A stretch of DNA of 64,000 bases, taken from assembly GCA_020891255.1 (NCBI GenBank), contig BQFW01000012.1:1240001-1304000 (forward strand). The letters are read 5' to 3'. Both the position numbers and the translations under genes were made by a program. Below are positions 48,660 through 61,022 of the stretch, one piece after another. The notes below the pieces were generated by a model. It saw only the letters and a list, made by a program, of their open reading frames with translations, did not search any database and was not told where the DNA came from. Source of the stretch: Entomortierella parvispora E1425 (taxonomy: Eukaryota; Fungi; Mortierellomycota). Within the stretch, counting starts at the first letter, position 1, and each line of letters starts with the position of its first letter.

Positions 48660-49271
48660 ATGTTCAACAGCCCTCCCAACATGTTAACGCCCGCAGAATG
48701 CGCCAGGAAGTGGTCTTCGAGCAACGATCTCCCGTTTACGTGCTTCGTGTTACCATGGCTTGATTCTCTTGATGTCCTTGTCGACTATAGTTCTGTGGAG
48801 GACAAAAATACTCGTATGGTGCACAAAGAGTGGTTCTGGTTCTTTGGATATTCAAACGGCAGCTCAGCGACGCACTGGGGCTGTGATATGTTTGTCAACA
48901 TCAACGAAGCCTCTTCTCACAAAGGAACTGTAATTGTGCGAGAGGACCAAAGCAAGTTTTTGGTGTGGAACTTTCGAACATTCTTCATCTTTCCAAGTCT
49001 GAAGCGCCAGTTGAGGTTTGCAACGAGTGCAGCGTTCCCAAAATATCAGAAAGAGAACAACTACTATGTCGCCGATGATGTTGTCTATGAGCAAAGGGGC
49101 AAATCTGAAGACCACCTTCAGGACGAAAACCTACGTGACTTTATTACGAAATGTGCCGAAAAAAGTGGCTACATGTTTCATACTTTCTGTGTCCCGGCTA
49201 CGGGAGAGCTCGTGTCTGAACTTGTGGACACCCTTGTGGAATCGGAGCCTTTCAAATATAGGCGGATTTGA
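48660..49271 (+). CDS. orphan hypothetical protein (203 aa)
   Basis: Intronless ATG ORF with globular composition, directly downstream of paralog B. Confidence 0.6.
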   Translation: MFNSPPNMLTPAECARKWSSSNDLPFTCFVLPWLDSLDVLVDYSSVEDKNTRMVHKEWFWFFGYSNGSSATHWGCDMFVNINEASSHKGTVIVREDQSKFLVWNFRTFFIFPSLKRQLRFATSAAFPKYQKENNYYVADDVVYEQRGKSEDHLQDENLRDFITKCAEKSGYMFHTFCVPATGELVSELVDTLVESEPFKYRRI

Positions 49272-49752
49272 ACTTTGCAGGAAAGACCTGAGATCCCGTA
49301 TCTCCCACTATTGCCGATGCATGGGATACGATATGATACAAGCTCGCTCTTGGACCAGGTCCTCACAAACTTGAACCCTGGCCCACAGCAGATATTCTTA
49401 CTCTTGCGTACGATTTCAATCAAAGGACTGACAGGGATCGTCAGTTATCACATTTGCACCATGCCCAACGAAGTACAAGTACAAGCACAAAAGCTCTGTA
49501 GACCACTGAAATAAACGTTTCGGTCTATTCTACGGTAATGGGTGGGCAAGAGATGGATCCACGTCCTGAAGGGCGCGTGAGGAAAGGACGTGCGTTGATT
49601 GCAGGTTGATGGTATTGTCGCCTGGAAATAAGGAATCCATTAAATCCCCGCAACAAAAACCCAAAAAATGTTCGCAGTGTTCACACCCCATGCACCTTGC
49701 TGGTATGGAATTGCCAACAATCGTGTGTCCCGCCTAGTGCTTCCACCTCAGG

Positions 49753-51739
49753 ATGAATCCACTGAAGATCAAGGACATCTTTCTGCAGTCCACTGACTTT
49801 CGCCCCACCGAGACGGTCGAGCCCTACCCTATCCCGAGAGCACACGATTCACCGAGTCTTTTTACCGCCACTTTTACCTTTGACGAATTCCGTGCATTCT
49901 GGGCAACGGAGCGCATTGCTTTTCAATGGGAGTTTCGTTCCGAGGGCGGCCGACGGGATTTTGCACAGCAGGTCGGAAACACACTCTTGCCGACGTATGT
50001 GCCCCGGGAAGGCCGAGGAAAACCACGCCAGTTTGACTGGTCCTTTCGGTTTCGGTGCAGGAGACATCGCCCACCTAAGGACCTTGCTATCCGAAGAGAA
50101 TCTGTAGGGACAGGTTGTCCAGTGTATATCAGGATGCGCAAGCCTATTCGTCAGGACACGGTGCAGATCGAATACCTTTGGCGACATAACCATGATGTGT
50201 CTGCCAAAGCTAGAGCCATGCTTCCCGTCGGGAAAAACGAGCTAAATTGGACAAAGTCCAAGATTGCTGAAGGTCTGGATTGGATGGGGATCAAGACGCA
50301 GCTGCAGCCTTCAGAGGATGTCCTTCGACAACTGGAACTTGAACAAGTCGAACCCCCCCCCTCGACCAACATCTCGTATCAGCATTTCCGAAAAGCCATC
50401 TATCGTCAGGAGACGAGCGAATGTCGAAAAGCAGAAGAGATGGCCAAGAGCGTGAGGCTCTGGATGGAACAAATTGAACAGGAGGGTGGCAAGACCTTGT
50501 TCATGGAACAGATTGAGGACAGGCCAGACAGTTTTATGATTGCATGGTCCACATCCTTTCAACTCCAGGTATTGTTTTGTTCCCCCTCTTCCCCTCAGTG
50601 GACATTTTACCCAATCCATTTTGTTGGAAAAAAAAATCGATTCGCAGTCTTTGCAGATATTAACGAGCTTTTTTTCCCCTCTCATCGTTGCCATAGATCC
50701 TACTCGCCAACCAATCTATATTCTACGTCGACACTACAGACAAGGCATGCAAATCTTTAAAGTCGACAGAGGCGAATGGCAAAAATGTCGAGGCAGGATT
50801 GTTGTTCACATTACTTGTCAAAGATCAGGCTACGCACAAAGGGATACCCGTTGCTTATATGATTGGCAACCTGGAGTCACGGTACGTTCAAGGAGTTCTT
50901 TGGTCGAGTCCACAAAGGAATGGAGGGAAAAAAAAAATGCTGATGCGACGTGACTTTGTTTCCTTCCTCAAAATCTAGCGATATTTTGGAACGGTGGTTG
51001 ATTTGGCTTCAAGATGAATGCAGGTGGAAGACATCCAACCTCATGGTGGATTGCTCGATCCCGGACTCGCAAATCCCCTATTCAACCATTCCCAACATAT
51101 CAAAGTACTATTGCGCATTTCATATTGGATGTGCATGGGACCGAAAGATGAAACAGCTGCACCGAGTACGTTGATGACTATCGTGAATATCCCAAGAACT
51201 TTTGATTTTACGCTGGCAAGAAGACGAAGCTAACTCTGCTTATTGTAGGTACCTGACTGGGAAATGATGCGTCCTCCCTTGCAGCAAATGCGATCAGCGT
51301 CGTCTGCCGAGAGATTGGTAGCAGGATGGAGTACCTTCAAGGAAAGGTTTCCTGGTGCCACCGGGTTGATTCAGTATCTTGAAACGTGGATGGTACCGAG
51401 CATGGTGGCAAGATGGGCGGTCTATATGCGCGAGGTGAGTTTTTCTTTTTCTCTTTTGCTCTATTTTTCCTTTTTTTTTATTTTTATTTTTATGTTTTCT
51501 GGAAAGAGGGACTGACATGGACACACCACAATATTATTCATCGTTTCTAGTATCGAAGCAATCAGCAGATCGACGCTTGCAACCTAGTGGAGGAATGGCA
51601 CGTAGCACTGAAAAGGCACCATGTCGGGATCGGACGCGATGCACGACCGGACCGTCTGATTTTCTTTTTGCACGGCGAAGTTGAAGCAGAGTTCTCAGAG
51701 ATGTATCGCAAGGCCCGGGATGGATTGGAGTTGGTGTGA
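49753..51739 (+). mobile_element. Mutator-like (MULE) DDE transposase gene with four introns; no TIRs recognised
   Basis: N-terminal C..H..GCP..EY..HNH zinc-finger-like module. After splicing: YVDTT (D1), LMVDCS (D2), CAFHIGCAW, YLETW, NLVEEWHVALK (E), RPDRLIFFL. Confidence 0.85.
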
Positions 51740-52029
51740 GCAGATCATTATCGGTTTCGTCTCTACTGTATTTCCTCATGCATCATTGCCATTGTTCACG
51801 GTGGAACACGCTTCTCACTATAATGGCTCAAGGTGTTAATGACCGCTACTCGTCCTTGTTGGTTGGACCATTGGCTTCTGTAAAAAGAACTCTTCCAGGT
51901 CAGCCTTTGATTCACTCCAAGAGACGTAATTTGTTGGCTCCAACACGACAGCTTTGTAAAATATCAGCTCTGAGCAAAGCAAATAAATTCTTGTTTAGAG
52001 GAATTAAGTCGTTTCATTTATTTTTTTTC

Positions 52030-54945
52030 TCATCCGTGCCTATATTTTCTATGGCCGACACCGCCGTGATGATGGTGGTGCCGTCCATGTCCGCCGCCTA
52101 CCCCTGAAGCACCGCTACCAGTTGCACTTCCAGAAGGTTTAGGAGGCAATGGAATGGGCTTGTGTGGCAGAGGGATGGGAGCTCTACCAGATCCTGAGGG
52201 CGTCGAGGTCGCCCCAGAACCGGATGTCGTGGAAGGAGGAAGCCTCGACTTGAGTCCTGAGGAGGAAGGTGATGAGGAAGAGGATGACGGCGAGGAAGTG
52301 GTCGGATGGAGGACGCGTGGTGGCGATTTAAGCAAAGCCGAGGGTTCGGCCACACTAGTATCCAATTTGGAGGCACCATCGCCCGCAGTTGGTTTAGCAA
52401 TAGGTGATGTTGGCCCAAGAGGTGGAGATTCCATCAAGGCACCTTCTTCAGATGATCCAGCATCTGATGCAGTCGAGGATTGAGGTGGTGGGGTAGGTGG
52501 CGGCGGAGGTGCGGGAACAGCTGGCGGCGTGACTGGAGGTTCAGGCTGTGGCACCGATGGCGATGTTGACGTCTCCAACTCCATCGCACTGCCCTGCGCT
52601 GTCGAGGATGTTTCTGCCTTTACGCTCTCTGATCCTCCAAGCTTGGACAGTGGTGCTGGCTTTTGTTCAGAGTCCTGCGCGGTAGATGTCACTGGTTTAT
52701 CCCCAGATGCGTCTGTCGATAGCGATCCAGTGGATGAAGCAAGAGATCCATTAGAAGAAAGGGATCCAGAAGAGCAATTTGCACCTGGTGATTTCAAGTC
52801 CGTGGATTTCGACTCTGCTGTCGGTTCTTGACAACTTTCCGCCTTCTCTTCAGTGCCTGGAGCTGCCGATGATGTTGCGGATGTTGGCGTTGTCCCGGTC
52901 AGTGCGTTTTCCGTAGTCGATTTTGATGAATGTGAGGTTGAAATACGAGGCTTGGCGGTAATCGATGGCGAGGTGCGACTAGATGGGGGCGATCCTATCA
53001 CACCTGGCGTCTTTGAGGTATGGGAAAGTGATCTCGATCCTGTCAATCCCAGACGGGGTGGAGGCGGCAGAGGGTGCTGGAGATTAAGTGGTGGTGGAGG
53101 CAGGGATGGGTGCAGACGATTCAAAGAAGAGGATAAGGGTGGCGTGGAAGACACTGGAGAAAGAGCCGATGCAGCGGTAGAGTTTGAAGGGCTGGTCCCG
53201 GCACCGGTGGATCCAGTGGCGGTTGTGCCACCAGTACTGGAGGTTGAACGACTGTGGCTGGGTCGTCGGGGTATTGACGGCTTTGGTATTGGCTTTGGTG
53301 GGAGAGGTACAACCATTGGCCTTGGAGGCAGTGGTAAAGGTTGATGCGGTATCCGTTTGTGGGTTGTTCCCTGTCCATGTGAATGTTCCCGGGGTAATCT
53401 CTTTTCGACACTGTCAGATTCCCGTCGCCGCATAACACTGACAGAGTTGGCTCCTGTTGCTGTCGGGGAGCGGATGGGAGGGGTGGGTGTTGAGGATGAC
53501 GGACTGTGCCTGTGGCTATGATCTCTGTGTGATTTGTCTGATGGTGAATCGCGACTACCTTTGGGAGTTGACTCGGACTTTTCAGACGCTTGTTCGACTT
53601 CGGTGGCATCTGTTGATTTCGCCAAAGACTTTAGGACCTCAACTTCCTTTCTTGTCACGCTGCTGACTCCCTTGGTGTCCAGCACATCTCCTGATACATC
53701 CATGGATATGTCATCGTCTGTCCGAACCACGCCATCCATTTTGCTATCAGTCGAGTTGTCAATGGCATCTGTCGAATCGTTGTTTTTCTCCGAGATCGCT
53801 GATTTATCTCTGTGCGCCGCTTTCTTTGACAACTTTTTAGCCCTCCTGCCTTCTTTGTCACGGGGTCCGTGGTCAGAGTCCTGGTCTGAACTTGAAGGTG
53901 GACTGGAAAGAGAAGAGTTGGAATCCATGCTTTGACGCCTGCTGTTTCTTTTTTTAGGTACAACTTTCCGACTGGAGCTCTCCGATGATTTAGCATGACG
54001 GCCATTTGACGTTTTTGTTGCATCAGGATTGTCGATATTCATATCGGATTCCTCTTTGATCCTATCAGACTTTTCTGCAGCATCTTGCGCAAGAGATTCT
54101 GGTTGAGTTGAGGACGATGCTTCCCGTTTGACAATAGAGTCGGATCCATTTCTGTTTGCGTTCTTTGATTCTTTTGACTCCCTCGACTCTTTTGATTCCT
54201 TTGCTGATCTGGAAGTTGCAGTGGTAGTGGTCGACTTTGAGCTCGATGTGTCTTCCACTGTAGACGATTCTGTTTTGGGTATTCAGGGGAGGGGAGGTGC
54301 CAGTTTGATTGTTAACGCATCTGGTTTCCGAGAGATATTGAAAGCCTCGAGAAATACACTAGCTTCATACCTGGAGGTGCCTGTTCCTGAACAATGGTCC
54401 TCAGCTTGCTTTCAATCTTGCTCATGTACTGCGATGGCTGCAAGAGGGAATCCACGAACTGCTGGACTTTTTTGTACTCTGATGATCTATAAATGCGAAA
54501 TGAAATGTAAGTTTATGGTAGGTATACATGGTAACAAAAGAGCCATTGGCACTGCGTTCCCGGATGGGTTACTTTGTGATGCGTTCGACCATCAGTTGAT
54601 GGAATTCCGACTTTTCGCGCTGCAGCAGACCCGAGTCTTTGTCGATGCATTCTTGAAGAATGTCCTCCAGTTGCAGGGTGAATTGTTGTCCAACGTCCTA
54701 TACATGAATTGCAAGCAAAGGAGAGATGGAAGGAGAATGAGTCGTGTGTTGGGGGTTGCAAGCATGGTAGGGTGGGGTAGGGTAGGGCAGGAGTGGGACA
54801 GAGCAGGGGAGGATGGGGTGTTTCTGGGAACAGGCGGGCCAACGAAGGAACATACGCTGTTCTGGAAGTCGACGAGCAGGTCCTTGCGCGTGCTATCAAA
54901 GTCGCCGCGTCGCTTGAAGAGCGTGGCCAGCTCCTCGGGCGTCAT
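52030..54945 (-). CDS. BOD1/Shg1-like COMPASS-associated protein with long S/P-rich tail
   Basis: MTPEELATLFKRRGDFDSTRKDLLVDFQNS fits the COMPASS-Shg1/BOD1 N-terminal motif. Three introns join it to the 742 aa low-complexity ORF. Confidence 0.75.
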
Positions 54946-55059
54946 GTAGTCGGGAAATATGTATGTGAGGGCGAGAGGGGATGGGCGGAGGGGTGAAGAG
55001 AGGAGAGCAGAAGGGCGTCGTGCAGAATGAAAGGAGAGAGATGGCGGCAAAAAGGGAGC

Positions 55060-55137
55060 GACAGGACAGACAGGACAGACAGACAGACAGGACAGACAGA
55101 CAGACAGGACAGACAGACAGACAGACAGACAGACAGG
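55060..55137. repeat. (GACA)n / (GGACA) microsatellite between divergent genes
   Basis: Seen directly. Confidence 0.9.
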
Positions 55138-55326
55138 CACACACAGTGCATGCAACCTTACCTTTGCAAGGGTCTCTCGCACTCCGTTGGCAGTCACAGC
55201 ATCCGTCGGTGGCTTGGATCGTTTTTAGATGTCAGTCTCTTCTCTCTGCTTCTCTCCTCCCACCCTCCTTCTTGTCTGTCGCCTCTCCTCCTCGCTTCAT
55301 TCCTTCTCCCCATTCACACCCCTACC

Positions 55327-57111
55327 ATGCGTCGCGACAACAGCAACGGAACCTCAATCCACGTCAGTGGCTTCAAGGACAGCACGCGGTAAGGATTAGC
55401 CCTCATATGGCGTCCGAGTGGCCTGGCCAGGTCCTGCTCCTGGAAACAACCCACTAGCCTGACAAGCAACCTCGCTGACCTCTCCCACCTTCAGCCCTAG
55501 TGATCTTGCTGTTCTCTTTGAGCCTTATGGACGTATCGCCGATGGTATGTTTGCTTCAGGAGTCTATTATATGTTGTCCGCACGCCGACTCTTCTGTCGC
55601 TCCAACCAGTCACTCACCCATAACTGTTCTCTTTTGTTATGATCAGTCTACATCCCCAAAAACTACTACACGGGTGTCTCTCGAGGATTCGCTTATATCC
55701 AGTACGGTTTGTTGTGCTTTTTTTGTGATCAATACCCCCCTCATCTTCTCCAGTTTACCATCCTATCGGCGCGTCTGGACAGTTGACATTTGACCCACAG
55801 GATATGGACATTCAAATCTCAGCACTATCATGTCACAACCCAGCTGCTTGTCTCGCTGATACCTTATATCCTGTTCAACCACCCAACTTCAAAGACTTCA
55901 AGGAGGGAGCCCTGAGTAACATTGCTCCTCAAGTCAAGACAAGGACTGGACAAGAGCTGGGCAAGGGTTACACAAGTCAAGATGACCAACAGCGACACTG
56001 TGAAAAGCAATGGACACATCTAGGACCCAAGAACTGTGACAACCTCTGGGCAGAATATGACTGGCAGTTGGACCTAGTACAAGAACCTTCTTCCAAGCCT
56101 TCGGAGAACACGCACATCTTCAAGACCTGGATTACTCTTTTTCACTATGACATCAAGATTCAGACAAGATCCAACAAGGCTTCCTAACCAGTGGGACTCA
56201 AACCCGCGTCATGGTTTGTGTAAATTCCTTCTTTGAAATGTCTAAACAGGTACGAAAACGATGAAGATGCTCGCCGCGTCATGGAAGGTGGCGATCAATT
56301 TTCACTCGATGGCCGTCGCCTCACTTTGGAATATGCCCAAGGGCGAAGAAAGAGTAAGTCTGTTTTCTGGTTGTTTGGTTACATGGTAATCGGTCTCTGT
56401 GGTTATTCTCATCCTAACGATGCTCGTCTTTTCTTTCACCGTAGGCCCAAATCAAATGAGGCAGTAAGTTTCTTGTTCACACAGACTTTCAAGGTAACCT
56501 GGGTCGTCTTGGTGGTCATCTCACCTTGTCTTTCTTCTTGCATTCTAGCGGTGAACGTCGCGGAGGTGACCGAGGCCGTGGACGGTCTCGTTCCCGTTCT
56601 CGATCGCGTGATCGTCGCTACAGACGCAGGTAAGCACATTCGACTGGAATGATAAGAGATTCTCATCGCCACGACTGTAAACTTACAATGACCTACCTTT
56701 CTGATTAGCCCTCGCCGTTATTCGCGTTCTCGATCACCCTCTCGTGATCGTCGGGACCGCCGCGACCGTCGACGAGACAGTCGTAGCCCTGTGCGCCGTC
56801 GTTCGCGCTCCCCTACACCCTCGCGTTCCCGTAGCCCTTACAGACGTGAGAGCAGCCGCCGTTCTCCCTCTCCCCGAGAACGTGGATACCGCTCACCTTC
56901 TCCCAGACGCGGATCCTACCGCTCTCCTTCCCCCAAGCGTGGATCTTACCGCTCACCCTCTCCAAGGCGTCAAACATTCTCGCCCAGAGGATACAGCCCT
57001 CGTCAGCCGGCCATCAACCAAGAGCAGGGTGAATATCCACCAGCAGAAGTTGAGGGATATACACCACCTCGCCATATCAGTCCCGCTTCCTTCAACAATG
57101 ACGGATATTAG
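55327..57111 (+). CDS. SRSF10: SR splicing factor, SRSF10/SRSF12 (plant SCL)-like: RRM plus RS domain
   Basis: Spliced RRM: IHVSGFKDSTRPSDLAVLFEPYGRIADVYIPKNYYTGVSRGFAYIQYENDEDARR..LDGRRLTLEYAQGRRK.PNQMR. The PNQM signature and RS/SP repeats follow. Confidence 0.85.
55801..55915 (+). other. candidate poison (stop-containing) alternative exon in the long RRM intron 55702-56249
   Basis: TTGAC branch-like site and CCACAG acceptor ending at 55800. In-frame TGA at 55913-55915, immediately followed by a GTAACA donor. Confidence 0.55.
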
Positions 57112-58420
57112 TGTAGCATGCTGATCCGACATTCTCTGTTTTGAAGTACTTGCTTTCTTGCATCTGTTTCCCAATAAAAGGGCTAATCCATTATTCACCT
57201 GGATTTATCCGCGACGTCTCATTTCCATACCTTTGTTTTTACAAGAGTGTAGAGGAGGTGGACATACGTTGAATCAGGATTCTTGGACAGCTCCTCAACA
57301 AAGAACTTAGCCATGGTATCGTGAGCGTGATGTCTTTTGCAAGGCCATAGTTGTAGAGCTGTACATGGTTGTAGAGCAGTGCATGGTTGCCTGGCTCCTC
57401 GATGAAAGAAACCAAGATACCTTGCTGGTCGTTGTTAAACAAAAAACAGAAAGAAAAAAACAAAAAAAAAAACGGTTATAAATCACAAGGATGAGCCACT
57501 TGATGGTGTCCTCCTGCATGCATAGGCAAAAGATAACGACCCAAGGTACATGCTGCATCCTCTGGACTCCGGCACTTGGCGTGGCAGGCTAATTTATTCT
57601 TTTCTTTTTTTTTTGGGGGGGGGGGGAAAAAAAAATAAAGAGGCAGAGTAACTCTCAGAATGTGCGACCGCCCTTATCATAGCCCACAAGTGGACTAGAC
57701 AAGATCATCAATAAGCAACAAAGGACTCTTCCGAAGAAAAGAACTCTGAGCTTCGCTTCCCTCTATGGGCAGCGCACTTCAACTCATCGTCGAGAGTAAA
57801 CTGTGTGTCTAAGTTGGAAAACAAAGACTGGAGATGAACTAGACAGAAATCCTGTAAAGTACGATCATAAGGAGAAAAAAAGTTCCTGTTGCTCGGTCTC
57901 TTTTATAGTCCTTGTAGAGTGACTGTTGTGAGTGGAGTGCAAGCAGACAGGGCTTTGCAAAAATGAGAATCTGAGGTTCAATTGAATCGGCGCAAACAGA
58001 TCAAAAATTGATTTTAGTGGGCAGACGATTTCGTTTTACGCTGAAAGAAAACTTGAGCACAGAGCCATCGGACGTGCCCTCCTTGCAAAAGCAAGCAAAG
58101 GCGCAAGAGACCATGAAGAAAACATCCGACGTTGCAGTTTTCCACCTCTCTCAATTGCAAGAGAAGGGTCTTGCACTCGTTCACACTTGTGTTCATTTCT
58201 GCACACCCACCTGCCACCTGCCCGCCCCACTGCACTGAACCAGCACAGAAAAGAGAAAATCAAAACAGAGCAGCAGTCACTCTTTTTTTTTTTTTTTTTA
58301 CGCTCCTCTTGCCTGGCTGGCTCTCTGACAAAGCAGCCTCGGCCTAGAAAGTGCGCCAGGGCCTGCAGTCGAATTGTTCCTCCTCTTTCATTCTCAGTTC
58401 CATCTTTCAGCGTACTTGCC

Positions 58421-60649
58421 ATGGGAAGAAACAACAAGCCCACCGTCAAAGGTCACAGACAGGCTAGGGCCGCTGCCAATGCCCATGCCAATGGCGGAAG
58501 TATGTGCCGACATCTCTTTTCCTGCTCGTTGTACTGCGGACTCGTTACATTCTCCTGCCTTGACTGTGTCAATCCTTCCAGGGGACAACCACGACGAGGA
58601 ACTTTCATGTCATGGTGCCAAGGCATTACATCCATGCATTACCCGACTAACGCACACCTCCCCACTATCCTGTCCTTACTTACTCCTTCCTAGAACTCAG
58701 AAAGGATCCAGGTGTCCCTAACCTGAACCCTCTTCGGGAACAGATGCTTCAAAAGAAGAAACGTGCCGCTGAGGCCAAGCAGCTTCAAAAGGAAGCACGA
58801 GAGAATGCCATGAACAAGAACCGCAAGATCATCTCACACTCCAACCCCGGTTCGATCATGGACATGGCCAAGAATGCTGCTTCCAGAGCCAGAGAATTCG
58901 ATGCTACTGCTGTGGAGGTCAAGGCGGACGATGGTGTCCGTGATGTTGTGGATTCTGCCGCAGTCGGTGGCAAGGATAACTCTAGAAAGGCTTACTACAA
59001 GGAGTTCAGGAAGGTGCTCGAGAACGCAGACGTTATTCTGGAGGTCCTGGATGCCAGAGATCCTCTCGGATGCAGAACCAAGCAGATTGAGAGACTCATT
59101 ATGGATGCAGGAACGGACAAACGTATTATTCTTGTCCTCAACAAGATTGGTAAGAGATGATTGCCAATTGAATTTACATCTTGTCCCCCACTGCTCTCCC
59201 TTTCCGATGATTAACTTTTAGTTGTTTATTAGATCTTGCCCCCAGAGAGAACGTCGAGCAGTGGCTTAAATACCTTCGTCACGAATATCCAACCATTGCC
59301 TTCAAGGCTTCAACACAATCACAACGCACCAACCTCGGCCAGAGCAACGTCGGAACAGATATGGCTACCGAGGATATGTTGACGAGCAGTGAATGTTTGG
59401 GAGCTGATCAATTGGTCAAGCTGCTGAAGAACTATTGTCGAAATGCCAACATCAAGACTGCGATCACAGTCGGAGTCATTGGATACCCCAACGTCGGAAA
59501 GTCGTCTGTCATCAACTCGTTGAAGCGTTCCAAGGTGTGCGGTGTTGGTTCTACCCCCGGTTTCACCAAGGTCGCTCAGGAGATCAACTTGGACAAGAAC
59601 ATCAAATTGCTGGATTGCCCCGGTATTGTGTTCAGTAAAGGAGAGAACGGAGAGACCTCGGCCGAGCTTTTGCTCCGAAACTGTGTCAAGGTCGAGTTGC
59701 TCGAGGACCCTCTTTCACCCGTCGAGTTGATTGTAGGACGATGCAGGAAGGATCAGCTCATGGAGATGTATAGCGTTCCTTATTTTGAGGATGTGAATGA
59801 TTTCCTGGTCCATTTGGCCCGTCAACGTGGAAAGCTGAAGCGTGGAGGTATCCCTGACATCTTTTCGGCTGCTCGCTCTGTCCTGAACGACTGGAACTCG
59901 GGCAAGATTCCATACTATACCATCCCTCCCGCAACAGCCCATACACCCGCTGCTGCTGCCTCGCTTATTGAGGGATGGAGCAAGGAGTTTGATATCGATA
60001 CTCAGGAGGATGTCCAGGTTCTGAGCAGCATGAGATCCACTGTCGACATGAAGCATGCGATGGCCTTGACTGCCAAGGAATCTGTCCAGGGACAGATGGA
60101 CTTGGAAGATGAGGACGGTATGGATGACGATGATGACCATGAGGATGAGATGTCGGCTGGAGGTGACATGTCCATGGATGAAGATATGGACGAGGATCAC
60201 GATCAAGAGGCACCCGTTCTCGGACGCTCCTCCAAGCCTATCATCAACTTCAAGCCCAAGGGCAAGAAGTTGGAGGCCAAGGTCAAGCCCCAGATGGCCT
60301 TCACACCCGAGGAGGCGGAGCTGAACCCTCGTTTGAACCAGGATCGCAAGAAGATGTTGAAGCAGCAGCAAAAGAAGGCCCGCAAGCTTGCCGCTGCTGT
60401 GGATGCTGGCGAGGATCTGGAGATGGATGACGATGATGAGGCCATGGGTGGCGACAGCTCGTTTGGTCAAGGCTCCCGCTTTGACTTTGGTAGCTTTGGT
60501 GGCCAGTTTGGCGTGTCCAATGACTGTAAGTGTCTTTTATTCCCTTTTCTAACCATGCGTTTTCTGTTGTATGAATGGGTTACTAAACGCGTCGACAACA
60601 CTTTCTCTATTTTCTTACAATAGTGCCCGACGAAGACGACGATCTGTAA
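58421..60649 (+). CDS. NUG1: nuclear circularly permuted GTPase NUG1/GNL3 family
   Basis: [73 protein letters not shown]. Introns at about 58500, 59149 and 60526. Confidence 0.93.
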
Positions 60650-61022
60650 ACTAGACCATCTGCCCTACCCACTATCTATGTACTTGCTTCCCCTTACGAC
60701 CGCATAGAGATCATATCCATCATCATCATCATATCCCTTCAATTGCATTCATTCAATAATACTTGTTCACGAAAGAAAGAAAGATCATTGGCGATGAGTG
60801 ACTGTCTCTCTCAACACGCACGTTCGAGACGCGCGTCCTGGGCTTGCGAAAGGCTCTTCACCTTTGGTCGTATTTCAAGACACTCTTTCTCTCTCGCTCT
60901 TCATCTCCATCCTCGACTACAAACTGTCATTGCTACTCTACAAGACCAGGATCATCTCAGCATCTCAGGACTCTCAGTCTCGATAGGAATCAAAGGCGCA
61001 ATCCAAACAAAGACAACTCAGC

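Noticed and set aside
55783-56187. 134 aa ORF nested in the SR-gene intron as an independent gene
   Set aside because: Non-ATG start, no recognisable domain, and not in the frame used on exon inclusion. Better explained as regulatory intron or poison-exon sequence.
57239-58400. Short ORFs or a possible ncRNA between the SR gene and NUG1
   Set aside because: No recognisable protein motif and no snRNA, snoRNA or telomerase-template signature found by eye.
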